DNA from: Anaeromyxobacteraceae bacterium
GTDB lineage: Bacteria > Myxococcota > Myxococcia > Myxococcales > Anaeromyxobacteraceae
DNA: 64,000 nucleotides
NCBI GenBank assembly: GCA_047602405.1
Contig: JASGHJ010000002.1
Coordinates: 1,728,001-1,792,000, forward strand
Reading direction: 5' to 3'
Part shown: positions 21,673-36,648 of the stretch, piece after piece
Layout of the letters: each line of letters begins with the position of its first letter
Numbering within the stretch: position 1 is the first letter of the stretch
Notes under the pieces: generated by a model
Database searches by the model: none
Seen by the model: only the letters and a program-made list of their open reading frames with translations
What the model was told of the DNA's origin: nothing
Translations under genes and position numbers: made by a program

Positions 21673-21787
21673 CGCGCGCCCGCGCTCGCCGCGGAACCCA
21701 GGGCGGGCTTCCCGCCAGGGTCGGCTTACCTCCCCCCACCCACGGCCCTATCTTGCGCCGGGACCGGGATCCGGGGGGATCAACGCG

Positions 21788-22018
21788 ATGACGAAGCCGA
21801 ACGGCCGCCTCGAGGCGGCCCGACTCGCCTACCGCGAGGCGCTTGAAGCCGCGCGCGCGAAGCCTTCACAGGAGGCGTGGGCACGCCTGCTGGCGGCCGG
21901 GAGGGAGCTCTCGGTGGCCGAGCAGCCGCCGCCGCGCTCGAGGCGCCGCCGCCAGCCCGAGCGGCCAGCCGAGCCTGTCGAGGTCGAGCCGGAGGCTGAG
22001 CTGGATCCGGCGGAGTAG
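21788..22018 (+). CDS. Hypothetical protein
   Basis: 76-aa ORF with RBS-like GGGGGA, filling the intergenic gap. Confidence 0.5.
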   Translation: MTKPNGRLEAARLAYREALEAARAKPSQEAWARLLAAGRELSVAEQPPPRSRRRRQPERPAEPVEVEPEAELDPAE

Positions 22019-22068
22019 CGTCCCTCGTCCTTCGGGCCGCTGCGCGGCCCTACGCTCCGGACGAACGG
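22019..22068 (+). repeat. Palindromic repeat family, copy A
   Basis: CGTCCCTCG...GGGCCGC-TGC-GCGGCCC-TACGCTCCGGACGAACGG. Confidence 0.75.
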
Positions 22069-22079
22069 ACGGGACACCG

Positions 22080-23396
22080 TCAGCCGCGCGTCTTCGCCTG
22101 CCGGACGTAGCGGTCGAGGTCCTCGCGGTCGATCAGCGAGAGGATCTCGATCTCGTTCTGGCGATCGCCGGTGCGGCGGTAGAGGAGCCGCACGTCGGTC
22201 GCGACCCGCACGCGGTAGTACCCGGGCAGCCCCTCGAGCGCGAGGGCCCGGAGGCTCGGGTGGCGGTGGTCCTGCGCGAGCAGGTAGGCCTGCTTGAACG
22301 CGGCGCGCTGGATGCGACGGTCCCAGCCCTGCAGCGAGTCGTAGAACTCGCGCGAGAAGATCGGCAGGAGGAACGTCGCGGGGACCTCCTCGACCTCGTC
22401 CCCGGCGGCCTCGACGGGCGCGGCCGGCGCGGCGTGCTCGGACTCTGCCCGGCCCCGCGCCTCGGCGGCCGCGAGGCGGCCCTCGAGCTCGCGCTCCCGC
22501 TCGGCCGCGCGCGCGAGCAGGGCCTCCGCGCGCTCGGCGCGGACCTCCTGCTCCTTCGCGGCGGCGCGGGCGCGCGCGGCCTCGGCGGAGGCGTCGGTCG
22601 CCCTCGCGGCGGCGAGCGCGGCCTCGGCCTCGCCGCGGGCCCTCGCGGCGGCGACGGCCGCCTCGCGGGCGCGGGCGGCCTCCTCGACCGCCTGGGCCTC
22701 GCGGGCGCGGGCCTCCTTCAGCCACTCGTTCAGCTTCTCTCGCTGCTCCTCGCCCTTCTTGCGCTGCGACTCGACGCGGGCCTTCCACTCCTCGACCTGC
22801 TTCTCGAGCGCGACGACCTTGCCGGAGAGGTCCGGGCCCCGGGGGCCCGCCGGCTCCGCGGGGGCGGCGGCCTTCGCGCCCTCCGGCAGCGGCCCGTAGT
22901 GCTCCTTCACGAGCGCGTCGAGCAACGGCGCGGCGCGCTCACGGACCGCCGGGTCCGGATCCGCGAGCAGGCGCCAGAGCGCGAGCGTGAGCCCGTGGTC
23001 GGAGTCTCCCGTGACGAGGAGGTCCTCCGCGGCGGCGGGGTGGAGCGGCACGTCCACGAGCGGCGGCGCGCCGAACGCCTTCTGGAGGAGCTCGATCACG
23101 CGCCGGCGCGCCGGTGGCGCGGCGCGGATCTCGTCGGCGAGCACGTCGCACCGCTCGACGTCCCCGAGGGCGTCCGGGCGGAAGCCGGGCACGGTCAGGC
23201 CCAGCTCCTTCACGAGCGCGCGCGACTCGTCCGGCGTGAGGGCGACGAAGATGAAGACGGAGAGCTGGTCGCGGGTGAGCGCCTCGAGCGGCGCGTCGCC
23301 CTTCGGGTCGGGCAGCGCGCGCGGCGGCGCCGCCGCGGGAGCCTTCTTCCGGGGCGCGCGGGGCTTCTTCGGGGGCGTGGCGGGCTTCTTCGCCAC
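22080..23396 (-). CDS. Coiled-coil protein with C-terminal RelE/ParE-like domain
   Basis: Long E/A/R helical stretch; C-terminus FSREFYDSL...HPSL....G..GYYRVRV..DVRLLY...IEILSL. Confidence 0.65.
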   Translation of the reverse strand: MAKKPATPPKKPRAPRKKAPAAAPPRALPDPKGDAPLEALTRDQLSVFIFVALTPDESRALVKELGLTVPGFRPDALGDVERCDVLADEIRAAPPARRRVIELLQKAFGAPPLVDVPLHPAAAEDLLVTGDSDHGLTLALWRLLADPDPAVRERAAPLLDALVKEHYGPLPEGAKAAAPAEPAGPRGPDLSGKVVALEKQVEEWKARVESQRKKGEEQREKLNEWLKEARAREAQAVEEAARAREAAVAAARARGEAEAALAAARATDASAEAARARAAAKEQEVRAERAEALLARAAERERELEGRLAAAEARGRAESEHAAPAAPVEAAGDEVEEVPATFLLPIFSREFYDSLQGWDRRIQRAAFKQAYLLAQDHRHPSLRALALEGLPGYYRVRVATDVRLLYRRTGDRQNEIEILSLIDREDLDRYVRQAKTRG

Positions 23397-23398
23397 CG

Positions 23399-24327
23399 TC
23401 AGCGCTTCGGCTTCGCGCCGGGCTCCGGCTCGACCGTGCGGATCTCGCCCTGGAACGCGGTGCCGGGCGGCAGCTTCCACGTCTCCGGGATCGGCAGCGT
23501 GAGCTCGAAGGGCGACGGGTGACCGACGCCGGTCGCGCCACGCACCTCGGCGAGGAGCTCGATCTTCACGGTCGCGGCCTCGCGCGGGAGGAGCTCATCG
23601 ACCAGGTGCCGAACAGCGCGCCGGGCGGGAAGTCCTCCACGAAGCGCTCCGGGTCGACGAGCTTCTGGTACGGCTCGCCGCCGCCGGACATCTCGCCGAA
23701 CGGCTTGCCCTTCTCGTCGAAGAGCTTGAACGCGAGCGAGCGGAGCGCCACCGGCACCTGCGTGCGGGTGACCGCGCCCTCGCGCTTCTCCTCGCGCTCC
23801 TGGTACCGCGGCGCGCCCCAGAGGGCGAAGTCGATGCGCAGCCCCGGCCCCCCCTGCGGAGACGGGCCCGCGTCGACCGCGACGAGGTCGAGCCGGAGCG
23901 AGCCCGCGGTCGCCGACGCCACCGGCGCGTAGGTGCCCTTCTCGAGGAGGGCCCAGCGCCCCTGCGCGTACCTGAGGAAGTCCTCGAACTGCGCCTTCTC
24001 GTCCGGCTTGAACGGCGCCCTGCGCTCCGCCTCGGCGGCCTCGACGGGCGAGGCGCGCGGCGGCTCGTCCGGGTGGCGGTTCTTCACGCCCTGCAGCCGG
24101 TCGACGTACCAGCGCGACAGCGCGAGCACCTCGTCGCGCCACTCGGCGCCGCGGTCGGGCGGCAGCATGCGCAGCGCGCCCGCACGCTCGGAGAACTCCC
24201 GCTTCAGCCGCGAGCGCTCGAGCCGCGCCTCGTAGGCGTCGGCCGCCGAGCGCTGGCGCCCGAGCAGCACGATCACCACGACGAGCGCGAGCCCCACCGG
24301 CAGCGCCACCGCGAGCAGCCTCTTCAT
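23399..24327 (-). CDS. Hypothetical membrane-anchored protein (frameshift near 23600)
   Basis: N-terminal TM segment; continues in a second frame as ELLPREAATVKIELL... Confidence 0.65.
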
Positions 24328-24331
24328 GGGA

Positions 24332-25180
24332 TCACTCCGCTCCGGAGACCAGCGCCTCGACGCTGCGGACGCCCGTCCGGTCGATCTCGTAGACGTACGC
24401 CCGGGCCCGCCGCACCGGCTCGTCCGCCACGCGCGAGACCGAACCCGCGCAGAGGACCGGCGTCGTGGCGCCCTGCCCCTTCGCGCTCGGGAGGTCCACC
24501 CGGAACGCGGTGTGGCGGTGGCCGTGCAGCACCGCCGCCACGGGGAGCTCCGCCACGAGGCGGACGATTCGGTCGGCGTCGGCGAGCGGCATCCGCGCGA
24601 CGCGCGCGTCGGACTCCACCCGGTCGGGCGGCAGCACGACGTGGTGGTGGAAGGCGAGGACGACGGCCTTGCCGGCCTTCGCGTGCTCGCGCACGAGCTC
24701 GCGGGCGGACTTCACCTGCTCGGAGCCGAGCTTGCCTGCGGTGTCGTACGGCTCGGGGCCCCAGCGGGCGCTGTCGAGCGCGACGAGCACGACCTCGTCG
24801 CCGAGCGGCACGACGTGCGGGTACGTGGGCTGCGCCTTGCGCATGCCCTTGCCGTCGGCCCCGATTGCGCGGAGGAACCGCCCCGTCTCGACCGACTCCT
24901 CGGTCCAGACGTCGTGGTTGCCCGGCACGACGGTGAGCTTCCTCGCCTCGGCGAAGTGCTTGAGGAGCTCGCCGGCGCGCTCGAACTCGCGCGGCTCGGC
25001 GGAGAAGGTCAGGTCGCCGGTGACGACGAGGTGGTCGACGCCGACCTCGCGGAGGGCGTCGATGAGCCCCTTCGCGAGCTTCGCGGAGTGGCGGTCGCAG
25101 TCGCGCGCGGTGAACCCGTTGCGCGGGTAGCGGCTGCGGTCGGCGATGTGCAGGTCGCTGATGTGGCCGAGGCGGACGAT
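24332..25180 (-). CDS. Calcineurin-like metallophosphoesterase (no canonical start codon visible)
   Basis: RLGHISDLH, TGDLT, PGNHD, FHHH, LHGHRH all in one frame. Confidence 0.88.
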   Translation of the reverse strand: MVRLGHISDLHIADRSRYPRNGFTARDCDRHSAKLAKGLIDALREVGVDHLVVTGDLTFSAEPREFERAGELLKHFAEARKLTVVPGNHDVWTEESVETGRFLRAIGADGKGMRKAQPTYPHVVPLGDEVVLVALDSARWGPEPYDTAGKLGSEQVKSARELVREHAKAGKAVVLAFHHHVVLPPDRVESDARVARMPLADADRIVRLVAELPVAAVLHGHRHTAFRVDLPSAKGQGATTPVLCAGSVSRVADEPVRRARAYVYEIDRTGVRSVEALVSGAE

Positions 25181-25206
25181 GGGCGCGTTCTCCGGAGGGC
25201 GAGCGG

Positions 25207-25236
25207 ATGCTAGCGGGGGCGTCGTCCGGGTGTCAA
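25207..25236 (-). promoter_or_regulatory. Sigma70-type promoter
   Basis: TTGACA-18 nt-TAGCAT upstream of the metallophosphoesterase. Confidence 0.6.
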
Positions 25237-26018
25237 ACGCTCGTCGCGAGCGGGAAGCTCACCCGGAGCGTGCGGCCGTGGGCGCCGGCGGGCTCGAGCT
25301 CCAGGCGCGCGCCCCACGGAGCGAGCGCGGTCTCGAGCAGCGCCCGTGCGCCGCCGTCGCCGCCGCCGGTCTCCGAGGCGAGCTCGAGCGCGGCCACGTC
25401 GCCCCGGCGCGCGACGCTCACGCGGAGCGATCCCGCGACCGGCGCGGCCCGCGCCAGCGCGAGGAGCGCCTCGCGGATCGCGGCGCGGGCCCGCGCGGCG
25501 TCGATCCGCACGGCCGCCGGCTCGAGCGCGCGCCGGTACCGGGCCGCCGCGCGCGGCGGCAGCGAGGCGAGCGCCTCGCCCACCAGCCGCGCGAGGTCCG
25601 CGCGCCCTCCCCCGTCCGCGCAGGCCTCCGCGCCGGCGACGACGGCCACGCGCCGGCGCAGCTCGTCGAGCGCGTCCTCGAGCGCCGCGAGGTCCCGCTG
25701 CGCGCCGGTGCCCGCGAGCCGGAGGTACGCCGCGGCGGTCGCGGCCCGACCGAGCGGGTCGGCGAAGGCGTCCACGAGCGCGTCGGGCTTGCACGGTGCG
25801 ACCCGCACCGCTGGTCGGGCCTGGGCGGGCGCGAGCGCCTCGCCGCCCGCCGGCGCGCGGCGCTCCGGCCCGAGCCGCAGGAGCGCGGTGGCGAAGCGAT
25901 CCACGCCGGGGCCCGGGCGCCGCCGCGAGCGCCACCCGGACGCCAGGACCCCCGCGAGGCGCCTCGCGAGCGATGAGAGGGCCTGGCCGGCCGAGTGCGC
26001 GACGGCCAACCCGAGCAC
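25233..26018 (-). CDS. Hypothetical protein with a degenerate histidine-kinase-like C-terminus
   Basis: GARLELEPAGAHGRTLRVSFP resembles the end of a HATPase domain; no H box His; start uncertain. Confidence 0.4.
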   Translation of the reverse strand: MLGLAVAHSAGQALSSLARRLAGVLASGWRSRRRPGPGVDRFATALLRLGPERRAPAGGEALAPAQARPAVRVAPCKPDALVDAFADPLGRAATAAAYLRLAGTGAQRDLAALEDALDELRRRVAVVAGAEACADGGGRADLARLVGEALASLPPRAAARYRRALEPAAVRIDAARARAAIREALLALARAAPVAGSLRVSVARRGDVAALELASETGGGDGGARALLETALAPWGARLELEPAGAHGRTLRVSFPLATSV

Positions 26019-26479
26019 CGTCGAAACGTGCCCACCGGCTTGCCATACGTGGAAGAGGGGTTAAGTGGGTGACATGGGGAAGAAGGCTTGGAGCCCGGCC
26101 GATGGCCCGGGTGTGGCCCCGGAGCAGCTCCCGGGTGGTCATGGTCACCTCCGCGGTGACGGCACCGTCGACGGCGACCGGCCGCTGTGGGCCCCGTCCG
26201 AGGGGCCCGCGCGCACCGAACCGGGCGGCCCGGGCGGAGAGCCCGACGGACGTGGCCCCGACGAAGGCGCGCCACCTCAGGCCACCACCTCCACGAACGA
26301 GAAGTGATGCACGTCACGCACCGCGGCTGACGCCGCGGGTGGTCACGCCGTCCGCGCCGCCAGGACAGGGTGCGTGGCGGTGAGTCGCAGCGACCCGGGC
26401 TGCACACGCAGCGAATTTACGTTGTCGGCGGGTGCACCGGCGGGTATTCGAGAAGAGAAAGAAGGACAAGGAGATCGAG

Positions 26480-28957
<2,478 letters not shown>

Positions 28958-28959
28958 GG

Positions 28960-29105
28960 CGTCCCTCGTCTCCGCCGCCGCTGCGCGGCGGCTACGCTCG
29001 GGACGTACGGAGCGGGCGTACGGAGCGGAGCTGTACGGACCGGAGCTGTACGGAGCGGGCGTACGCAGCGGCGTGCGGAGCTGTACGGAGCGACTTCGGA
29101 GCGGC
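28960..29105 (+). repeat. Palindromic repeat family, copy B, followed by a short tandem GTACGGAGCGG-type array
   Basis: CGTCCCTCG...GCCGCCGC-TGC-GCGGCGGC-TACGCTCGGG, then about 7 imperfect GTACGGAGCG units. Confidence 0.75.
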
Positions 29106-29130
29106 GAGAACGGTCAGGATGGACTCGCGA

Positions 29131-29162
29131 GGCCCCCGGGAGACCGGGGGCTTCGTTTTTTC
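29131..29162 (+). terminator. Intrinsic terminator after lon
   Basis: GCCCCCGG-GAGA-CCGGGGGC followed by TTCGTTTTTT. Confidence 0.85.
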
Positions 29163-29187
29163 CCGGTTCCGGTGTTCCATGGGAGCG

Positions 29188-30258
29188 ATGCCCCGCCTCG
29201 CCCTCCTCACCGGTTCCCACGGCGCCGTCCTCGAGGCCGTCCAGCTCGAGCTCGAGCGCGCGGGCTGGCGCGTGCACCACGTGCCGGGCGGCGCCGACGG
29301 GCGGCTGCACCAGGAGGTCGACACCCGCGACGCCGAGGCGGTCGTGCACCTCGGGCTGCGCAGCCCCCGCGAGCTCGACGAGCCGCTCCGCGCGGCCGCC
29401 GAGGCCGGCGCCGCGTCCGCGTCCGGAGATCTCGCGCGCCGCGCGGGCGTCCGGCGCCTCGTGCACGTCTCGACCGCCGCCGTGTACGGGGCGCCCCGCA
29501 ACCTGCCGTGCCGCGAGGGCGAGCAGAAGCTCCCCCGCACCGCCCTCGAGCGCATCCGCTGGCGCGCGGAGCAGGCGAGCTGGGCGGAGTTCCGCCAGGG
29601 CGCGCCGCTCACCGTGCTGCGCCCGAGCATCCTGTACGGCCCCACGCTCCGCGGCGGCCCCGCCCGCGCGCTCTCCTTCGTCACCCTCTTCAACGATCGC
29701 CGCCGGCGCATCCCCATCGTGAGGCGCGGGCCGGTCGCCCACCTCCTGCACCTCGAGGACCTCGCCCGCGCGGTGCGCCACGTGCTCGAGCACCCGCGCG
29801 ACGACGAGGTGGTCGGCCGGGCCTTCAACGTCGCCGACGACGCCCCGCTCCCGCTCGGCGAGCACCTCGCCGCCGCGCTCGAGGCCCTCGGTTACCTGCC
29901 GGGGCGCATCCTGCCGACCCTGCCCAGGCTCTGGGCGGTCGGGCTCTGGCTCATCCGAAACGTCCCGGACCGGGCGCTGCTCGACCGGCTGAACGGACGG
30001 CTCTCGCACCACTGGCGGCGGCTCTCGGGCCGGGCGGGCGTCGCCCCGGTCCTCCTGCCGAAGGTCGACCGCGAGGCGCTGCACTGGATGAGCGCCGACC
30101 ACTACTACGACACGAGCCGCCTCTCCTCGCTCGGCTGGAGGCCCCGCTACCCGGTCACGGTCGAAGCCTTCCCGGAGACCATCCGCGCGCTCGTGCAGGC
30201 CGGCATCCTGCCCGGCCCCTCGGGTGGGACCCCGGCGCCGACGGCCCTGCAGGGCTGA
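29188..30258 (+). CDS. NAD-dependent epimerase/dehydratase (atypical SDR)
   Basis: RRLVHVSTAAVYG, LTVLRP..LYGP, LH.EDLARA, AFNVAD; the Rossmann and YxxxK motifs are degenerate. Confidence 0.8.
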   Translation: MPRLALLTGSHGAVLEAVQLELERAGWRVHHVPGGADGRLHQEVDTRDAEAVVHLGLRSPRELDEPLRAAAEAGAASASGDLARRAGVRRLVHVSTAAVYGAPRNLPCREGEQKLPRTALERIRWRAEQASWAEFRQGAPLTVLRPSILYGPTLRGGPARALSFVTLFNDRRRRIPIVRRGPVAHLLHLEDLARAVRHVLEHPRDDEVVGRAFNVADDAPLPLGEHLAAALEALGYLPGRILPTLPRLWAVGLWLIRNVPDRALLDRLNGRLSHHWRRLSGRAGVAPVLLPKVDREALHWMSADHYYDTSRLSSLGWRPRYPVTVEAFPETIRALVQAGILPGPSGGTPAPTALQG

Positions 30259-30410
30259 CCCGAGCGGCCGGGCAACGGGCGTGACATTCCTCCCTCGACA
30301 CCGCGCCTTGCGGTGCCACGCTCCCGCTCCCGCAACTTTCGCCACCGGGACATGCGTGACATAGTGCGCCCGGTGATCAGGGCACCGGTGTCACGGTTCG
30401 CGAGGCCGGC

Positions 30411-32161
<1,751 letters not shown>

Positions 32162-32165
<4 letters not shown>

Positions 32166-33017
32166 TCGCCCACGTCGCCCTGGTCCTCGCCCTCGCGCTC
32201 GGCGCGCCCGCCGAGCTGAAGCGCGCGCGCGACCGCCTCGAGTTCGGCGCCTGGGCGGACGCCGCGGGCGCCATCCGGCAGCTCGTCGCCCGGGTCCCCC
32301 AGCTCTCCGATCCGGACGCGATCGAGGCCTACCGGATCCTCGGCATCGCCGAGTTCAACCTCGGCGACCAGGGCCAGGCCCGCACCGCCTTCGTGAACCT
32401 GCTCGCCCGGGACCCCGACTACGCCCTCGACGCGTTCCTCGTGCCGCCCGCCATCGTCGAGTTCTTCGATTCGGGTGAAGCGCGAGAGCGAACCCTCGCT
32501 CGGGCCCATCCGGGAGCGAAAGCGCGCCGTCCGCGAGCAGGAGCGGCTCGCCGAGGAGGCGCGCCGCAAGCTCCTCGCCGACGAGCAGCTCCGGGCCGGG
32601 CCGCCCACGAAGATCATCCGCGTGCAGGAGCGGCTCTACCTCTTCAACTGGATGCCGCTCGGCGCCGGGCAGTTCCAGAACGGCCAGCGGGCGAAGGGCA
32701 CCGCGCTCGCCGCCGGGCAGGTCGTCACCGGGCTCGTGAACCTCACCGCGATCCTGCTCCACAACCAGATCGCCGGCGACGCGAGCCGCGCCTGCGTCTC
32801 CGGCCGGCCCGGGTGCTCGCAGCCGCCCTACTCCGACTCCGACCGGCGCCTGCTGAGGCAGATCGACTGGGTGAAGTACGGCTCGGCGGCCGCGTTCTGG
32901 GGGCTCTACGGCTGGGGGGTCTGGGACGCGCACCGGAACTACCTGCCCGTGGTGGAGACGGGAGATCGCGCCCACGAAGGGCGGCGGCGCGGCGATCAGG
33001 CTGGAGTGGAGCTTCTA

Positions 33018-33018
<1 letters not shown>
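32162..33018 (+). CDS. Exported TPR-like protein (insertions near 32470 and 32961)
   Basis: Signal peptide, TPR-like helices, [10 protein letters not shown]; corrected end ...[18 protein letters not shown]. Confidence 0.7.
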
Positions 33019-34837
<1,819 letters not shown>

Positions 34838-34841
<4 letters not shown>

Positions 34842-35458
34842 AGAGAGCCGCCCCGCTCGCGCTCCTGACCCTCGGCCTCGCGGCCTGCCCGCTGCCGCAG
34901 CCGCTCCCGGACTACAGCGTCGGCCAGACGGTCACGCCGCCGCGCATCGTCGTCGACGACACGGTCCACAAGGTCACGCCCTACGAGGCCGTGGTGGAGG
35001 TCCCCGCCGGCTGCACCGGGAAGAAGCCGACCTACGACCTGCAGGTGTACCTGCGCGACTCGAACACCACCGAGACCATCGTCGGGCGCTGGTTCGTGAA
35101 CTACACCGGGGTCGCGCTCAGCCCGAGCGTGGTCATCCAGCAGGCGGACGACATCCCGGCCCCGCCCACGAACGCGACCGAGCCGGACCTCCGCCAGTCG
35201 AACGTCTTCGTGTTCTCGCCCTACGACCGGGCGCCCTACGGCGCGACCGGCGCCGGGGACTCCCGCTCGGTGGGCGCGCTCAACGTGGTCGAGTACGTCG
35301 TCTCGAACGGCTTCGACACCAACAACGGCAACGCCGACGTCGACCGGCCGAACCGCCGTCCCGCCGAGGCGACGAAGACCACGCCCGCCTTCGAGGTGCA
35401 GGTCTACCGGTGGGTGTTCCTGACCGTGACGCCGAGCGCGACGACGGCCTGCCCCTGA
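34838..35458 (+). CDS. Putative lipoprotein
   Basis: [17 protein letters not shown] lipobox; GTGA overlap with the activator stop. Confidence 0.75.
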
Positions 35459-35462
35459 GCCC

Positions 35463-35993
35463 TCAGCGCCGCTCGGCGGACCGCAGGAGCGCCATGCGGG
35501 CCTCGCGGAGCGCGTCGGTCGCGTGCCGGGAGAGCTCGTAGCCCTCCTGCGCGAACCGGTTCACCTGGGCCCGGTACGCCCGGTGGACGGCCAGCACCGC
35601 GTCGCGCGCCTGGGCGAGCTCCTCCCGGCCGCCGAAGCCCTGCGGATCCGGGTCCGAGGCGTCGAGCCGGCAGCGGTCGGCGAGATCCTCGACGCGCTGC
35701 TCCCACTCCCTCGACCAGACGTCCCAGCGTCCCACCGCGTCGGCCTCGCCGATCTCGTCGGCCAGCCGCCAGGCCCGCTCGTTCTGCTCGCGGTGGAGCG
35801 CCTCGAGCTCGTTCACGCAGACCCGGAGGGCGGCGCGGGTGGGCAGCGCACCGACTGCGGCGGGCCGATGGGGCCCGCGCAGGTTCTTCACCACCGAAGC
35901 GATCGTGAGCCCGACCGAGACCGCGATGACGAGGAAGTACAGGACCCACAGGGCCATGCGGTACGGCCGGTAGCGGGGATCGCGGGGGGCCAC
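35463..35993 (-). CDS. Hypothetical membrane-anchored helical protein
   Basis: N-terminal TM segment; codon usage typical of the window. Confidence 0.65.
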   Translation of the reverse strand: MAPRDPRYRPYRMALWVLYFLVIAVSVGLTIASVVKNLRGPHRPAAVGALPTRAALRVCVNELEALHREQNERAWRLADEIGEADAVGRWDVWSREWEQRVEDLADRCRLDASDPDPQGFGGREELAQARDAVLAVHRAYRAQVNRFAQEGYELSRHATDALREARMALLRSAERR

Positions 35994-36049
35994 GGGGCGC
36001 TGACTTTAGCCCGAAACCGGCCGGAAGGCCGGTGGATCCGCCCTCGGCC

Positions 36050-36235
36050 TCAGCGCGCCTGCGAGGCCAGCACCTCGAGGAACGTGCAGCGCCGGCCGCT
36101 CGCGATCGCGAGGAGGCAGCGCGCGTAGAACCCCGGACCCCAGAGGCGGACGATCGTCACCGTATGGCGGAGCACGTCGCGGGTGGTGATCGTTCCCTGC
36201 ACGACCACCGGGAGTGCATATCCGGTGCCGCTCAC
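36050..36235 (-). CDS. Small hypothetical protein
   Basis: 61-aa ORF with an RBS-like AAGGGA upstream. Confidence 0.55.
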   Translation of the reverse strand: MSGTGYALPVVVQGTITTRDVLRHTVTIVRLWGPGFYARCLLAIASGRRCTFLEVLASQAR

Positions 36236-36648
36236 GAACCGCCCGTCCCTTCGCAGGAGGACGCCGGGCCGACCCCCGCCACCCTGCAGAAAGGATAGCC
36301 TCCCGCCCCTTGGGCGGCCTGCGTTTCAGACCTGAAACGCGACCTTGCAGGCCTGAAAGCCGGGCCTCCCACCTCGGCACCACCTTCCTTCCAACCCCCT
36401 GTCGGGACGGGCACTTCCGGAACCCAGGGTCCAGGGCACGACCGTTGCGATGCAGCGCGGCAGGAGGCGCGACCGGCGCCGGCGCACCCCCCCGCGCCGC
36501 GCACCGGTCCCGCGCCTCCGGCAGTGGGAGGGGCTCTCGGCGTCGCACGCATCCCAGCCACGCTCACCGAGGCGGCGTCGAGAGTCTCCCTTTTCGTGTC
36601 CCGCGGGCCCGCTCCCCCGGCCACCCACCTGACGTTCCTCGTCAGCCG

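Noticed and set aside
30281..30395. Repeated GTGACAT/GGGACAT motifs and a TGGCAC sigma54-like site upstream of the kinase
   Set aside because: The -24/-12 spacing is wrong, and the short motifs are too weak to support without comparative data
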